The notes: generated by a model from the letters alone, not told the origin. A stretch of 64,000 bases of DNA from an uncultured Oscillospiraceae bacterium (GCA_900547095.1 URFG01000004.1:16001-80000); one strand, 5' to 3'; positions 9,742 through 19,710 are shown, counted from the first letter of the stretch. Numbers and translations are program-made.

Positions 9742-10960
9742 CGTAGAGCTCCTTTTCAAGTTTTGTATCAAAAAGCATTAAAAGCATTATATTCATAAAA
9801 AATATTGAATTAAGCAGCGAAGACTGCGCAAATATCGCAATCAGCGACATTATAATAAAGGGCTTCGCGCCGTAATTCGGGGTACGCAGTCTTTTTATAT
9901 AAATATAAAGGAAGATAATAAGCCCTATTATTCCGTAATCAAAAATAAGTCTGCAAAAAGTATTTAAAAAGATATGTCCGCCGTCTTTTATATAATCTTT
10001 TACAGGCGAATCCGGCCTTAAAAGCCCGATATTTTCTCTGATATAAGTATTCTGATCGTTATAATTTTCTCCGAATATCAGCTTAACCGGGTCCATAGTC
10101 GCTATAGTATCAAAACCTACGACGATTCGGCTGTTTACCGTGCTTTTGCCGTCTAAAACCTCTTTTAATTTTTCATTTCCGCCCGAAAAAATATTGAGTG
10201 TGAAAAACGCCGTGCATATAACCGCTATAAAAACGGCTATAACCGCTTTGCTTTTAAATTTAACCTTATTCGATCCTAAAACGGTCAGCCATAATACCGC
10301 CGAAAGAACTACTCCGACAGTCGAAGTCGAGGCTAGTATCATAACCGTCGAAAATCCTGCCCACTTATAATCAAGCTTTTTAAGCGAAAGGAATTCAAGC
10401 GGCAGCATTGCCGTAACATACGAGGCAGGCTCAGCAAAGAACGAAGACGGTCTTACAGATTCTTCCGCAACTTCCCCTCTTAAAACATATCCGGGAATTA
10501 TCGAAATAGGCGTGACCTGCGCGCCGAACGCATATACATTTATAAGCTGATATATAAGTCCTGCCGAGAAAATGACTCCCGCAAATTTATAAGCTTTAAA
10601 AAGCGCGTCTTCATCAAAGTCAAACGCAGTAACAAAAATACAAAGAATAAATATTACCGTGAATGCGGTAACCTTATTAAAAATCGTATCAAAACTGTTA
10701 TCGCCTAAAAACAGATTAAAGATATTTTTTATTATCGCATATCCTAAAAATGTGAAAAAAACCGCCTGACTCTTTTTAAAAACGATTCTTCCGTTTTCCC
10801 TTAAAAGCATTAAAAAAGCGCAGATAATAAGACCTATGGTTCCGAGATCGATTATCCCGAATTTATAGGGAGCAAGCATTATATAAAAAGGAAGATAATA
10901 TTCTATTATACAGCTTTTTTTCTTTTGCAGATTTTTTTCCATTTTTTCACCGTGAATCAA
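9704..10960 (-). CDS. Multi-pass membrane protein, putative Wzy-type repeat-unit polymerase / O-antigen ligase-like
   Basis: 418 aa, about 10-12 TM segments with a large periplasmic-type loop near the C-terminus, lying between glycosyltransferases and the flippase. Start codon uncertain. Confidence 0.5.
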   Translation of the reverse strand: MIHGEKMEKNLQKKKSCIIEYYLPFYIMLAPYKFGIIDLGTIGLIICAFLMLLRENGRIVFKKSQAVFFTFLGYAIIKNIFNLFLGDNSFDTIFNKVTAFTVIFILCIFVTAFDFDEDALFKAYKFAGVIFSAGLIYQLINVYAFGAQVTPISIIPGYVLRGEVAEESVRPSSFFAEPASYVTAMLPLEFLSLKKLDYKWAGFSTVMILASTSTVGVVLSAVLWLTVLGSNKVKFKSKAVIAVFIAVICTAFFTLNIFSGGNEKLKEVLDGKSTVNSRIVVGFDTIATMDPVKLIFGENYNDQNTYIRENIGLLRPDSPVKDYIKDGGHIFLNTFCRLIFDYGIIGLIIFLYIYIKRLRTPNYGAKPFIIMSLIAIFAQSSLLNSIFFMNIMLLMLFDTKLEKELYDEDRSCNYAVCE

Positions 10961-12180
10961 ACCGAATTTTTATAAACTTCTATATATTTTTTAGCCGTGC
11001 TTTCCATTGTAAAGCTTTCGGCGTGTTTTTTTATTTTTTCTATGTCAAAATCAGATTTTAATGCTTTTTTTATTGTTTCTGCCGCCGCAGTGTCCGATCG
11101 GTCAAAGCATTTTAAAGAGCATTCTGCATTAAACACATCTTCTGCCGAATCGAGATCTGAAAAAAACACGCTCGGCACTCCGAACGAATAGCCTTCGATT
11201 ATAGAAAGCCCGAAGCCGTCATTTAAGCTTAAAAGAACCGTGAGATCCGCCAGATTGTAATATCTGCCGATATCTTCTTTAAATCCTGCCATTATACAGC
11301 AGTCGGTCAATTTTTCTTTTTCAATATAATTTCTTAAAAGTCCTCCGTCGCATTCGTTACCGAAAAATACCGCCGCAACAGGTGTGTTTTCACCCTTTAA
11401 TATCTTCATAATACGCGCGAGCTGAATTTGATTTTTATTATCTGTAATATTCCCCACGGCAAAAATAATCTTATTTCCGCTAAGCTTTAAAGATCTTAAT
11501 TTTTCGGTCAGCTCGTCGTTTTCTTCGCTTTTTGAGCCTTGCGCCGCTTTTGTGCCGTTTAGCACCACCGTGATATTATCGGCAGGTGACAAAAGATAAT
11601 TTTCTTCTATTCTCTTTTTCATTCCCGAGCTTATCACCGTGACGGGGATATTTTCTTTTTGTGCTTTAATTAGAAATTCCTTTTCAAGCCTTTTTGTGGA
11701 AGCGGGCGCTAAGACCGAATTATCAAGCCCGATAAGGCCGTGAAGCGTTACAACAAAAGGAACTTTAAGCTCAAGGCATATATCGATATAGCTTTTTGTA
11801 ATAGGCCCTATGCCGTGAATATGAACAATATCCGGGCGCTCTGATTTAATTATAGTGCGGACATATCCGCCGTCAAAATCATAAAAAGCGTTTCTCAAGC
11901 GGTCTTTAAAAGCATATTTTCCGTAAAAAAATGCTGAAATCGCTCTTATATAATCGCGCGGTCTTGCAGATTTAAAGATATCCGAAAATGTGTGCTTTAA
12001 GATCTTATAGTTTTCAAAGCTTCTGCCGTTTGTTATCACTCTCGAAGAAAAAATCACTTCTTCTTTTTTCCCGACAAAATCAATGATATCTTTTACCATC
12101 ATCCCGAAACCGGTGCGGTTTTTCTCAAACTCCGCGCACCCCGGGTCGAAAATATAAGACGCGAGCATAAGAACTTTCAT
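10957..12180 (-). CDS. Glycosyltransferase family 4 (GT-B fold)
   Basis: GT4-like C-terminal domain. Start set at MKVLMLASY (ATG 12180), 1 nt after the upstream gene stop. The ORF-track N-extension overlaps the neighbour and is rejected. Confidence 0.65.
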   Translation of the reverse strand: MKVLMLASYIFDPGCAEFEKNRTGFGMMVKDIIDFVGKKEEVIFSSRVITNGRSFENYKILKHTFSDIFKSARPRDYIRAISAFFYGKYAFKDRLRNAFYDFDGGYVRTIIKSERPDIVHIHGIGPITKSYIDICLELKVPFVVTLHGLIGLDNSVLAPASTKRLEKEFLIKAQKENIPVTVISSGMKKRIEENYLLSPADNITVVLNGTKAAQGSKSEENDELTEKLRSLKLSGNKIIFAVGNITDNKNQIQLARIMKILKGENTPVAAVFFGNECDGGLLRNYIEKEKLTDCCIMAGFKEDIGRYYNLADLTVLLSLNDGFGLSIIEGYSFGVPSVFFSDLDSAEDVFNAECSLKCFDRSDTAAAETIKKALKSDFDIEKIKKHAESFTMESTAKKYIEVYKNSV

Positions 12181-12181
12181 A

Positions 12182-12673
12182 TCAGTTGAATTTCCTTTCG
12201 CTTTTAAGCTTATCATAATGCTCTTTATCTCTGAATTTAAATGCCTCCGCCGGGTGGCCGCCTGCAAGAGCTAGCGGAGGAATATCTTTGCATACTACCG
12301 AGCCTGCCTGATTAATGGCTCCCTCTCCTATCTCAACTCCGCCTAAAATCATAACATTTTCGCCTACCCAGACATTATCGTTGATAATCACATCTTTATG
12401 GATATAAGTGTTGTCATAAGGCAGAGCGTCGCCTTTCCAATTATGAAAAGAAGTAAGAATTCTGATATCTTTTCCGCTGTGAAAATTATTACCTATTTTG
12501 ACCTTGCCGGAGCCGGATATTTTCATACCGTTAAAATGGCAGTTATCCCCTATTTCGGTGTTTTTTGTGAACCTGCACTTAAAATTGCATTTAACGCCTT
12601 CGCCGTGGGATATTCCTCTCAGCGAAAGACAGGTATTGATTTTTGAAATAAGAGCTTTTAAAAAGCTTTTCAT
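12182..12673 (-). CDS. Hexapeptide-repeat (left-handed beta-helix) sugar O-/N-acetyltransferase
   Basis: 163 aa with repeated [LIV]G-x-x-x-x hexapeptides (VWVGENVMILGGVEIGEGAINQAGSVV). Confidence 0.7.
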   Translation of the reverse strand: MKSFLKALISKINTCLSLRGISHGEGVKCNFKCRFTKNTEIGDNCHFNGMKISGSGKVKIGNNFHSGKDIRILTSFHNWKGDALPYDNTYIHKDVIINDNVWVGENVMILGGVEIGEGAINQAGSVVCKDIPPLALAGGHPAEAFKFRDKEHYDKLKSERKFN

Positions 12674-12677
12674 AATT

Positions 12678-13820
12678 TTACTCCTTTATTTCGCTTAAAA
12701 GTCTGTGATTGACCGAGAGCATTATATATCTGCGCTCTTTAAGCTTTTTAAAGTTTTCGGGATTAGAAATATCGTCTATCACCACTCCGATATTTGCGTG
12801 ATAAGCCTGATTTAAAACGGAGGAATAAAGCGATATCGCATTTTTTGTACTAAGGAGCGAAGCTTCTATCGTGAGAGCCGAGGTATCCTCGATATTAAAC
12901 TCGCAAAACAGCTCTTTTGTTATCTTCATATCGGCATATCTCGGGTGAGGTCTTACGGAAATTTTGTATCCCAAGCTTTTAAGTTTTAAAAGATTTGAAG
13001 AAATTATTTTTAAAACGCTTTCCGGCTCTGCCGCAAGATAATATGTAAAATCAAATTCCTTTTTTATATCTTTATCCGCCTTTATTTTAACCGACGGCGG
13101 CGCTTCTAAATTAAACTGACTTTTTTCCGCTCTCATAGATATAAGCAGATCGGCATAATATTTATCCCAAACAAAATATTCATCATAGCAGACAAAGGAA
13201 TCGCGCATAAAATATAACTTTTCGCCGTGCATAACATTTATCCTGGTGATATTTTTTCTTCTGCACCACTCGGTCAAAAGCGAGGAGGTGAAAGAAAATT
13301 CATCGCAGGATATAAGCGCTTTTGGGGAATGTTTTTCAGCCTGAGCGCTGTAGCGCGCAATTTTAATTATAGATTTAAGCCAAAAATGCCACGAAAAAGG
13401 ATATCTTTTAAATATTTCTTTTAAAAACGCGATATCAAAGGCAAAAAGTGCGCCCGAATTTTCTTCGGAGGTAACGATATTTTTATACCTTTCAAGCAAT
13501 GAAAGCGGAATTATATTAAAAGGCTTGCCGTCTGCCAAAAAGACCGCGTCGGATTTTTCTTCTTTTAAAACTTTTTTTGATTTACAGCTTATTAGATATT
13601 TAATGCTAAGAGGAAGCGAGGCGAGATTTAAGAAAAAAGAGATAAATCCGCCGTAAAACTTCATCTGGCATTTATACTGAAAAAAGCTTCTCTCGATAAG
13701 GTCCTTTGGCTCTTTAAAATGCGAAATATATTTTTCTTGGGCTTTAACAGGATAATTTAAAACATTTCCCTGCTTTTTTTCAAGCTTTACAGCCGCTTTT
13801 TTTAAAAATTCAGCCGACAA
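12678..13820 (-). CDS. Hypothetical protein; candidate GT-B glycosyltransferase, possibly a nonulosonic-acid transferase
   Basis: 380 aa with no clear family signature that I can read. Contains an RPHPRY (HP-type) motif. It is the only unassigned enzyme-sized ORF in a NeuA/NeuC-containing locus. Confidence 0.3.
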   Translation of the reverse strand: MSAEFLKKAAVKLEKKQGNVLNYPVKAQEKYISHFKEPKDLIERSFFQYKCQMKFYGGFISFFLNLASLPLSIKYLISCKSKKVLKEEKSDAVFLADGKPFNIIPLSLLERYKNIVTSEENSGALFAFDIAFLKEIFKRYPFSWHFWLKSIIKIARYSAQAEKHSPKALISCDEFSFTSSLLTEWCRRKNITRINVMHGEKLYFMRDSFVCYDEYFVWDKYYADLLISMRAEKSQFNLEAPPSVKIKADKDIKKEFDFTYYLAAEPESVLKIISSNLLKLKSLGYKISVRPHPRYADMKITKELFCEFNIEDTSALTIEASLLSTKNAISLYSSVLNQAYHANIGVVIDDISNPENFKKLKERRYIMLSVNHRLLSEIKE

Positions 13821-13832
13821 AAAATCAATCCT

Positions 13833-14924
13833 TTATTTTGTTAAAATATCCGCTATGCGGCGGCTTGCGAAACCGTCGCCGTAAGGGTTGGCGGCGTGCG
13901 CCATTTCGTTATAAGCGACTTTATCCTCTAAAAGTCTTTTGAAATTTTGATAAATGGTTTCTTCCGTTGTTCCGACGAGCTTAAGAGTTCCCGCGTCTAT
14001 TCCCTCGGGGCGCTCGGTGGTATCGCGCATAACAAGCACCGGTTTTCCGAGAGAGGGAGCCTCCTCCTGAATTCCGCCCGAATCGGTGAGGATAAGATAG
14101 GAGCGCGCCATAATATTATGGCAGTCAAACACCTCTACAGGGTCGATTATATGTATCCTGTCAAGTCCCGACAGCTCCTCTGCTGCCGCTTTTCTAACAG
14201 CCGGATTCATATGTATCGGATAAAGCGCCTTAACATCGGGGTGCTCTTCCATAACTCTTCTTATCGCCCTGAACATATGGTGCATAGGCTCGCCTAAATT
14301 TTCTCTGCGGTGAGCGGTGATGAAGATAAGGCGGCTGCCCTTTGCCCAGTCGAGCTCGGGATGAGTGTAATCGTCTTTAACAGTGGTTTTAAGAGCGTCG
14401 ATAGCGGTGTTACCGGTAACAAAAATCGAATTTTCGGCTTTGCCCTCTTTTAAAAGGTTATTTTTCGAGCGCTCGGTCGGCGCAAAGTTATACTTTGAAA
14501 TTATAGATACCGCCTGGCGGTTGAACTCCTCGGGATACGGCGAATAGATATTATAGGTTCGCAGACCCGCCTCAACATGGCCTACGGGTATCTGCAGATA
14601 AAAGCAGGCAAGCGCAGTTACAAAAGTGGTGGAAGTATCGCCGTGAACAAGCACCACATCGGGATTCTCCTTTTCAAGCACTTCTTTTATGCCGTTTAAA
14701 ATATTTGTTGTGATATCAAAGAGGGTCTGCGAGGTTTTCATAATGGAAAGGTCATAATCAGGGGTAACGCCGAAAGTTTCAAGCACCTGATCGAGCATCT
14801 GGCGGTGCTGACCTGTTACGCAGACGACCGTTTTGACATTGTCCCTGCTTTTAAGCTCGTTTACAAGAGGGCACATTTTTATAGCTTCGGGTCTTGTTCC
14901 GAAGACAAGCATAATTTTTTTCAT
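13833..14924 (-). CDS. wecB: UDP-N-acetylglucosamine 2-epimerase (non-hydrolysing)
   Basis: 363 aa. MKKIMLVFGTRPEAIKMCPL, HVEAGLRT and DSGGIQEEAPSLGKPVLVMRDTTERPE are highly characteristic. Confidence 0.9.
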   Translation of the reverse strand: MKKIMLVFGTRPEAIKMCPLVNELKSRDNVKTVVCVTGQHRQMLDQVLETFGVTPDYDLSIMKTSQTLFDITTNILNGIKEVLEKENPDVVLVHGDTSTTFVTALACFYLQIPVGHVEAGLRTYNIYSPYPEEFNRQAVSIISKYNFAPTERSKNNLLKEGKAENSIFVTGNTAIDALKTTVKDDYTHPELDWAKGSRLIFITAHRRENLGEPMHHMFRAIRRVMEEHPDVKALYPIHMNPAVRKAAAEELSGLDRIHIIDPVEVFDCHNIMARSYLILTDSGGIQEEAPSLGKPVLVMRDTTERPEGIDAGTLKLVGTTEETIYQNFKRLLEDKVAYNEMAHAANPYGDGFASRRIADILTK

Positions 14925-14937
14925 TTTTTATCCTTTT

Positions 14938-16158
14938 TTAGATATGATATACTCCGGGCAGATCGCAGATATTATGGCAATCGAGAACGACTTTATCTTT
15001 AAGCTTATCCATATTCTCGATAATTTCCGAATGCTTGACCATAATTACGACCATATCGACAGAGTTTAAAAATTCATCAAGCTCAAAGCACTGGTTTTTA
15101 ACCTCTTTTGTTTTTATAAAGGGATCGTAAACCAAAAGCGGATCGGCTAAATGGCGCTCCTGACTTTCAAGCAGCTGCAAAGTGGGGGATTCGCGCATAT
15201 CGTCGACATTTTCCTTATAGGTAAGACCGTAAAGTCCGACTCTTTTTATATCCTTAATACCCTTTTCTTTCATAATTTCATAAATTCTGTTTAAAACGAA
15301 ATCGGGCATACCGTCGTTGGTTTTCATAGATTCGTCGATAACCTTTGCAAGGCTCGGATAGTCGCCTACCAAGAACCACGGGTCAACAGAAATACAGTGG
15401 CCTCCGACTCCGGGACCCGGCTGTAAAATATTTACTCTCGGGTGCATATTGCAGATCTTTATTATCTCGTAAACATCCATATTATCGTGTCGGCAGATCT
15501 TTGCAAGCTCGTTTGCAAAAGCTATGTTTACCGCTCTGAATGTGTTTTCTACGACCTTTGTCATTTCAGCCGTTCTGATATCCGTTACCACGATATCGCC
15601 CTGACAAAAGCTTGCATAAAGCGATTTTATTTTTTTGCCGACTTCCCTGTCGTCAGCTCCTATAGTGCGGTTGTTATGAAGAAGCTCATAAACCATATTC
15701 CCGGGGATTATTCTCTCGGGTGCGTGAACGAGATTTATATCCTCGCCAATCTTAAATCCGTTTTCCTCGATAACGGGGCGGACATATTTATCAATGGTTC
15801 CGGGTGATACGGTGGACTCTACCACGACCGTTGCTCCTTTAGGGCAAACTTCCATAACGCTTTTTATAGCGGCTACGACATAGCAGGCGTCAACCTTTTT
15901 TGAAAATTTATCATAGGGCGTGGGAACCGAAACGATATAAGTATCAGTTACCTGATATTCGGTTGAAAATTTAATTCCCGAATTAAGTGCGTCGGCAAAA
16001 AGCTCATCTAATCCTTTTTCCTTAAATGTGGTCCTGCCGGCATTAAGAGTTGCTACAAGCTCTTTGTTGTAATCCGTTCCGATAACCTCCACCCCGTGCG
16101 AGGCAAGCATCAGCGCTGTGGGAAGACCTATGTATCCGAGACCTATAACATTAACCAT
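14938..16158 (-). CDS. wecC: UDP-N-acetyl-D-mannosamine dehydrogenase
   Basis: 406 aa. N-terminal Rossmann fold VIGLGYIGLPTA, catalytic GGHCI, UDP-glucose/GDP-mannose dehydrogenase family, directly downstream of wecB. Confidence 0.85.
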   Translation of the reverse strand: MVNVIGLGYIGLPTALMLASHGVEVIGTDYNKELVATLNAGRTTFKEKGLDELFADALNSGIKFSTEYQVTDTYIVSVPTPYDKFSKKVDACYVVAAIKSVMEVCPKGATVVVESTVSPGTIDKYVRPVIEENGFKIGEDINLVHAPERIIPGNMVYELLHNNRTIGADDREVGKKIKSLYASFCQGDIVVTDIRTAEMTKVVENTFRAVNIAFANELAKICRHDNMDVYEIIKICNMHPRVNILQPGPGVGGHCISVDPWFLVGDYPSLAKVIDESMKTNDGMPDFVLNRIYEIMKEKGIKDIKRVGLYGLTYKENVDDMRESPTLQLLESQERHLADPLLVYDPFIKTKEVKNQCFELDEFLNSVDMVVIMVKHSEIIENMDKLKDKVVLDCHNICDLPGVYHI

Positions 16159-17404
16159 TTTCTTTTGCTCCTATCGTTTTATTTATCACATTTATCAGAT
16201 CTTTTGATAACTTTTTATAATCGAAATCCTTTGCCGCCGCCGAGGCGTTTCGGCTTAAATTCTCAAGGGTTTCGCTTCCGCTGCCGAAAAGCCCGCTTAT
16301 GGCGCCTGCAAGTTTTTCGCCGTCACAGCAGTCGATCTCAATTCCGCAGTTATACTTTTCGATCGGGGAATACCCCATTTTTACCGTGGAAATGATAGGC
16401 TTTGCGCAAGCCATATATTCAAAAAGCTTATTTGAGCTGTTTCCCCTTGTCCAATTATAAAGAGTGGGCGAATAGTTCAAAATGTTTACCGATGATCTTG
16501 AAAGAATATAGGGAACGAACTGTTTTTCAATTCTTCCGAAAAATTCAACATTATCGAGCTTTTCGTCTTCTTTTCTCTTTTCAAGCCTTGAAAGCTCCTC
16601 GCCGTCGCCGAAAATGCGGAACACGATATCCTTATTTTTCTTAAGCGCTTTCGCGGCGTCAAGCAGCATATCGATATTATTTACTTCCCTTATCGTTCCT
16701 ACGTATGTCACGGCAAACCTTTTATCGGACTCTTCGATTTTATCGCATTTGCAGTCAGTCATCTGGCTTAAAAATGCTTCTAAGTCCACGCCGTTGTTAA
16801 TATAGTAGCACTTATCGTCGTCAACATCGCCGCCCGTGGATTTCATCCACTTTTTCTCTTTAAGATAATCCGTATCGCCGGGTTTAGTGAATATCATAGC
16901 GTCGGATCTTTTATAGATCTTATGCTCTATCAGCTCCAGCGCTTTTACAAGCGGCGAGCTCTCGGATATTCCCTTGTAATAAACAAAAGCTTCGGGCCAA
17001 AGATCCCTTACTTCGCTTATGCATTTGCATTTTTTAAGCTTTGCAAGCTTTATTGCCGCAAGACAGGCAAACGGGTGCGGACTTGACGAAATTATAACAT
17101 CGGGGCCATCGAATTTTTTAAGCACTTTTAATGAGTTTTTGTAAAAATCGATCATCGAAAGAGCCCTTGCTTTTCCGTTGCCCTCATAGTTGCGGGTCTT
17201 TACGAATACGAACTTAATTCCCCCGTTTTCCTCTTCGAGATAAGACTCAACTTCAGGGTTATACCTTCGCAGGTGCGAATAGCTCCCCGCAACGATCGTT
17301 ACATCGTGACCGGCTTTTTTCAGCTCGCGCGCAAAATAGTAATGCCTGAATTCCATACCGTATTCAAGGCTTCCCGCATAATGATTTAAAATCCAGATCT
17401 TCAT
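16151..17404 (-). CDS. Glycosyltransferase family 4 (WbuB-like)
   Basis: 417 aa. MKIWILNHYA N-terminus and a GT4 C-terminal domain. Confidence 0.7.
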   Translation of the reverse strand: MKIWILNHYAGSLEYGMEFRHYYFARELKKAGHDVTIVAGSYSHLRRYNPEVESYLEEENGGIKFVFVKTRNYEGNGKARALSMIDFYKNSLKVLKKFDGPDVIISSSPHPFACLAAIKLAKLKKCKCISEVRDLWPEAFVYYKGISESSPLVKALELIEHKIYKRSDAMIFTKPGDTDYLKEKKWMKSTGGDVDDDKCYYINNGVDLEAFLSQMTDCKCDKIEESDKRFAVTYVGTIREVNNIDMLLDAAKALKKNKDIVFRIFGDGEELSRLEKRKEDEKLDNVEFFGRIEKQFVPYILSRSSVNILNYSPTLYNWTRGNSSNKLFEYMACAKPIISTVKMGYSPIEKYNCGIEIDCCDGEKLAGAISGLFGSGSETLENLSRNASAAAKDFDYKKLSKDLINVINKTIGAKENG

Positions 17405-17427
17405 TTTTAACTCCTAAGCCCTTAAAT

Positions 17428-18108
17428 TTAAACAAGTTCTTTTATTTTTTCGGTGTATTCATCTTCGGAAATAGCTCTGTTTTCAAGCAGCCAATCCCCG
17501 AGATCGAGATCGGAGGAGGTGCCCTCTCTTACCGTATCCGAGCGCTTTAAAACCTTAAGTACAGTTAAAAGCACTATTTTAGCGTCGTTTTTAAAAGAGA
17601 TACCGTCGTTTATGTATTTTAAATCCCACTTGAATTTTTCGGTCCAGGGGATATTGTTTCTTCCGTTCACCTGAGCAAGGCCTGTAAGTCCGGGTCTTAC
17701 ATTGTGCCTCATCCTCTGCTCCTCGGTCATAAACACCATATCTCTTACAAGCTGCGGCCTCGGTCCTACTACAGACATATCGCCCTTTAAGATATTTATG
17801 AGCTCCGGCAGCTCATCAAGCGAAGTGCTTCTTAAAAACTTTCCGTAGGAATTGAGCCTTACGCTGTCGGGAAGCAGGTTTCCGCTTTCGTCTTTTTTAT
17901 TGCTCATCGTTCTGAATTTAAGAAGATCAAATATTTTTTCTTTTCCGCTCTTATCCTTTTTGCCCGGCCTTTTTTGAACAAAAAAGGGATTTCCGCCCAT
18001 AAAAACCGCACCTAAAACCATAAGCACCAAAACAAGCGGCGATAAAAAGATAAGCGCCAGCAAAGAAAGAAAGAAATCAAGAAATCTTTTTATAAACTTT
18101 GCATACAT
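17428..18108 (-). CDS. Undecaprenyl-phosphate sugar phosphotransferase, small monotopic type (PglC/WbaP C-domain-like); initiating enzyme
   Basis: 226 aa, single N-terminal TM helix, DELPEL...VGPRP motifs of the Bac_transf family. Confidence 0.85.
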   Translation of the reverse strand: MYAKFIKRFLDFFLSLLALIFLSPLVLVLMVLGAVFMGGNPFFVQKRPGKKDKSGKEKIFDLLKFRTMSNKKDESGNLLPDSVRLNSYGKFLRSTSLDELPELINILKGDMSVVGPRPQLVRDMVFMTEEQRMRHNVRPGLTGLAQVNGRNNIPWTEKFKWDLKYINDGISFKNDAKIVLLTVLKVLKRSDTVREGTSSDLDLGDWLLENRAISEDEYTEKIKELV

Positions 18109-18124
18109 AATATTTCACCCGAAA

Positions 18125-19405
18125 TTATTCAAAGCAGGCTTTTATAACTTCGATTATTCTTGCCTGCTCCTCGGCTGTCATTTTGTTATCGCTTGGCAGG
18201 CATAAGCCGCGCTCGAAAATATCCTCGCCCGCATCATATACCTCGCCTGCTATATAAGCGTTCGTCTGTGCTCTCATATTGCCGAGTACTGTAACATAGG
18301 GGTGATTCATATATATCGGCTGCATATGCATAGGTTTCCAGATAGGTCTGCCCTCTGCGTTTATACTCGATATTGCTTCAAGAATTTCAGTGGGGCAGGA
18401 TTTGCCGTGTTCTTTTATGTAAAGTCCCTCTTTATCCGATCTTACCTGCTTAGCCATAGCCTCGCGGTCAACCGTGATGCACGAAAGCCAGAAATTCGGC
18501 TCGCTTGACTTTTCGTCATACGGATTCATTTTAACGGGCAGACCTTTAAGCCCTTCTTTATATCTTTCATAAATAGCTTTTTTCTGTGCTATATGCTCGG
18601 ATAAATGAGGGATCTGACCTCTTACCGCTCCCGCTATAACATTGCTCATTCGATAGTTATATCCTATCTCCTCGTGCTGATACCACGGAGCGCTTTCGCG
18701 GCTTTGAGTCGATAATTTGCGCACCTTTTCGGCGTCGGCTTTTGAGTCTGTTAAGAACATTCCGCCCGAAGAGCCGGTGATTATTTTATTGCCGTTAAAT
18801 GAAATCGCGCCGTAGTCCCCGAAATTACCGGTCTGCACGCCCTTATAGGTCGCGCCCAGGGATTCTGCGGCGTCTTCAATTATCAATGCGTTGTTATCAT
18901 CGCAAATTTTTCTTATTTCGTCTATTTTTCCGGGAGTTCCGTAAAGATGAGCCACTACCACCAATTTTACCTCGGGGTAAAGCTCGAAAGCTTTTTTAAG
19001 CGCTTCGGGGTCCATATTCCAGGTGTCTTTTTCAGTGCCGATAAACACCGCTTCGCCGCCCTCGTAAGCAATGGGGTTAACGGTGGCGTCAAAAGTCATA
19101 TCGCTGGCAAAAACTTTTTTGCCCTCAAGCATTCCTTTATTTGCAGGCATAAAACCGTAAAGCTTTAAAGCCGCAAGCCTGACAGCCAGGTGCAATGCCG
19201 CCGTTCCGCAAGAAAGTGCGACCGCATACTTACAGCCTACGATCCGAGCTATCTCTTTTTCCGATTCATCGATATTTTTGCCCACTGTGGACATCCAATT
19301 TGTTTCATAAGCCTCGGTTATATACTTAAGCTCTTCCCCGTGCATAGTGGGAGAGGAAAGCCACACTTTTTTATCAAATTTTTTAAAACCCTTATCACTG
19401 AACAT
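18125..19405 (-). CDS. DegT-family aminotransferase (PglE-like UDP-4-keto-6-deoxy-sugar 4-aminotransferase)
   Basis: Family similarity (SCGTAALHLA, FNGNKIITGSSGGM). Start set at ATG 19405 (MFSDKGF) with a GGGGGA RBS. The ORF-track start at 19438 is a TTG. First gene of the operon. Confidence 0.75.
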   Translation of the reverse strand: MFSDKGFKKFDKKVWLSSPTMHGEELKYITEAYETNWMSTVGKNIDESEKEIARIVGCKYAVALSCGTAALHLAVRLAALKLYGFMPANKGMLEGKKVFASDMTFDATVNPIAYEGGEAVFIGTEKDTWNMDPEALKKAFELYPEVKLVVVAHLYGTPGKIDEIRKICDDNNALIIEDAAESLGATYKGVQTGNFGDYGAISFNGNKIITGSSGGMFLTDSKADAEKVRKLSTQSRESAPWYQHEEIGYNYRMSNVIAGAVRGQIPHLSEHIAQKKAIYERYKEGLKGLPVKMNPYDEKSSEPNFWLSCITVDREAMAKQVRSDKEGLYIKEHGKSCPTEILEAISSINAEGRPIWKPMHMQPIYMNHPYVTVLGNMRAQTNAYIAGEVYDAGEDIFERGLCLPSDNKMTAEEQARIIEVIKACFE

Positions 19406-19428
19406 AATCTTAAATTCCCCCGAAGAAA

Positions 19429-19445
19429 ATATAGACAATACAATC
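19429..19445. repeat. Left copy (inverted) of the 15-17 bp motif ATATAGACAATACAATC in the operon 5' UTR
   Basis: Exact reverse complement of 19692-19708. 18/19 identity including flanks. Confidence 0.8.
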
Positions 19446-19478
19446 AGGGTACAACACTTCTCATAGCGGAAAATTTCT

Positions 19479-19493
19479 CCGATTATATTGTCT
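19479..19493. repeat. Internal direct copy of the motif (CCGATTATATTGTCT); contains a TATAAT hexamer on the minus strand
   Basis: 15/16 identical to the right copy, in the same orientation as the right copy and inverted relative to the left copy. Confidence 0.7.
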
Positions 19494-19691
19494 TGTCATT
19501 TGAAATACGGCAGTATTTCTGCATTCCTCGACTTCATAATCAAAAAAAATTTCTCGCTATGAGTCGAAGATTTTGTAAGATAACGGCGCTGTTTAGCGGC
19601 GCGGCGCCCGACCGAAGAATACTTTCGTATTGTGAGCGGAGGGCAACAAAGTCGATAAATGCGCCGTTTCTTCAAAAAAGTATTATACCCC

Positions 19692-19708
19692 GATTGTATT
19701 GTCTATAT
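19692..19708. repeat. Right copy of the motif (GATTGTATTGTCTATAT), 3 nt from the stop of the upstream deacetylase gene
   Basis: Perfect inverted repeat partner of 19429-19445. Confidence 0.8.
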
Positions 19709-19710
19709 TA

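Noticed and set aside
19446-19691. Checked the repeat-bracketed segment for c-di-GMP, T-box and other riboswitch signatures
   Set aside because: No match by eye to the conserved cores of GEMM-I/II or the T-box specifier/T-box sequence. Left as a DNA-level switch or operator hypothesis.
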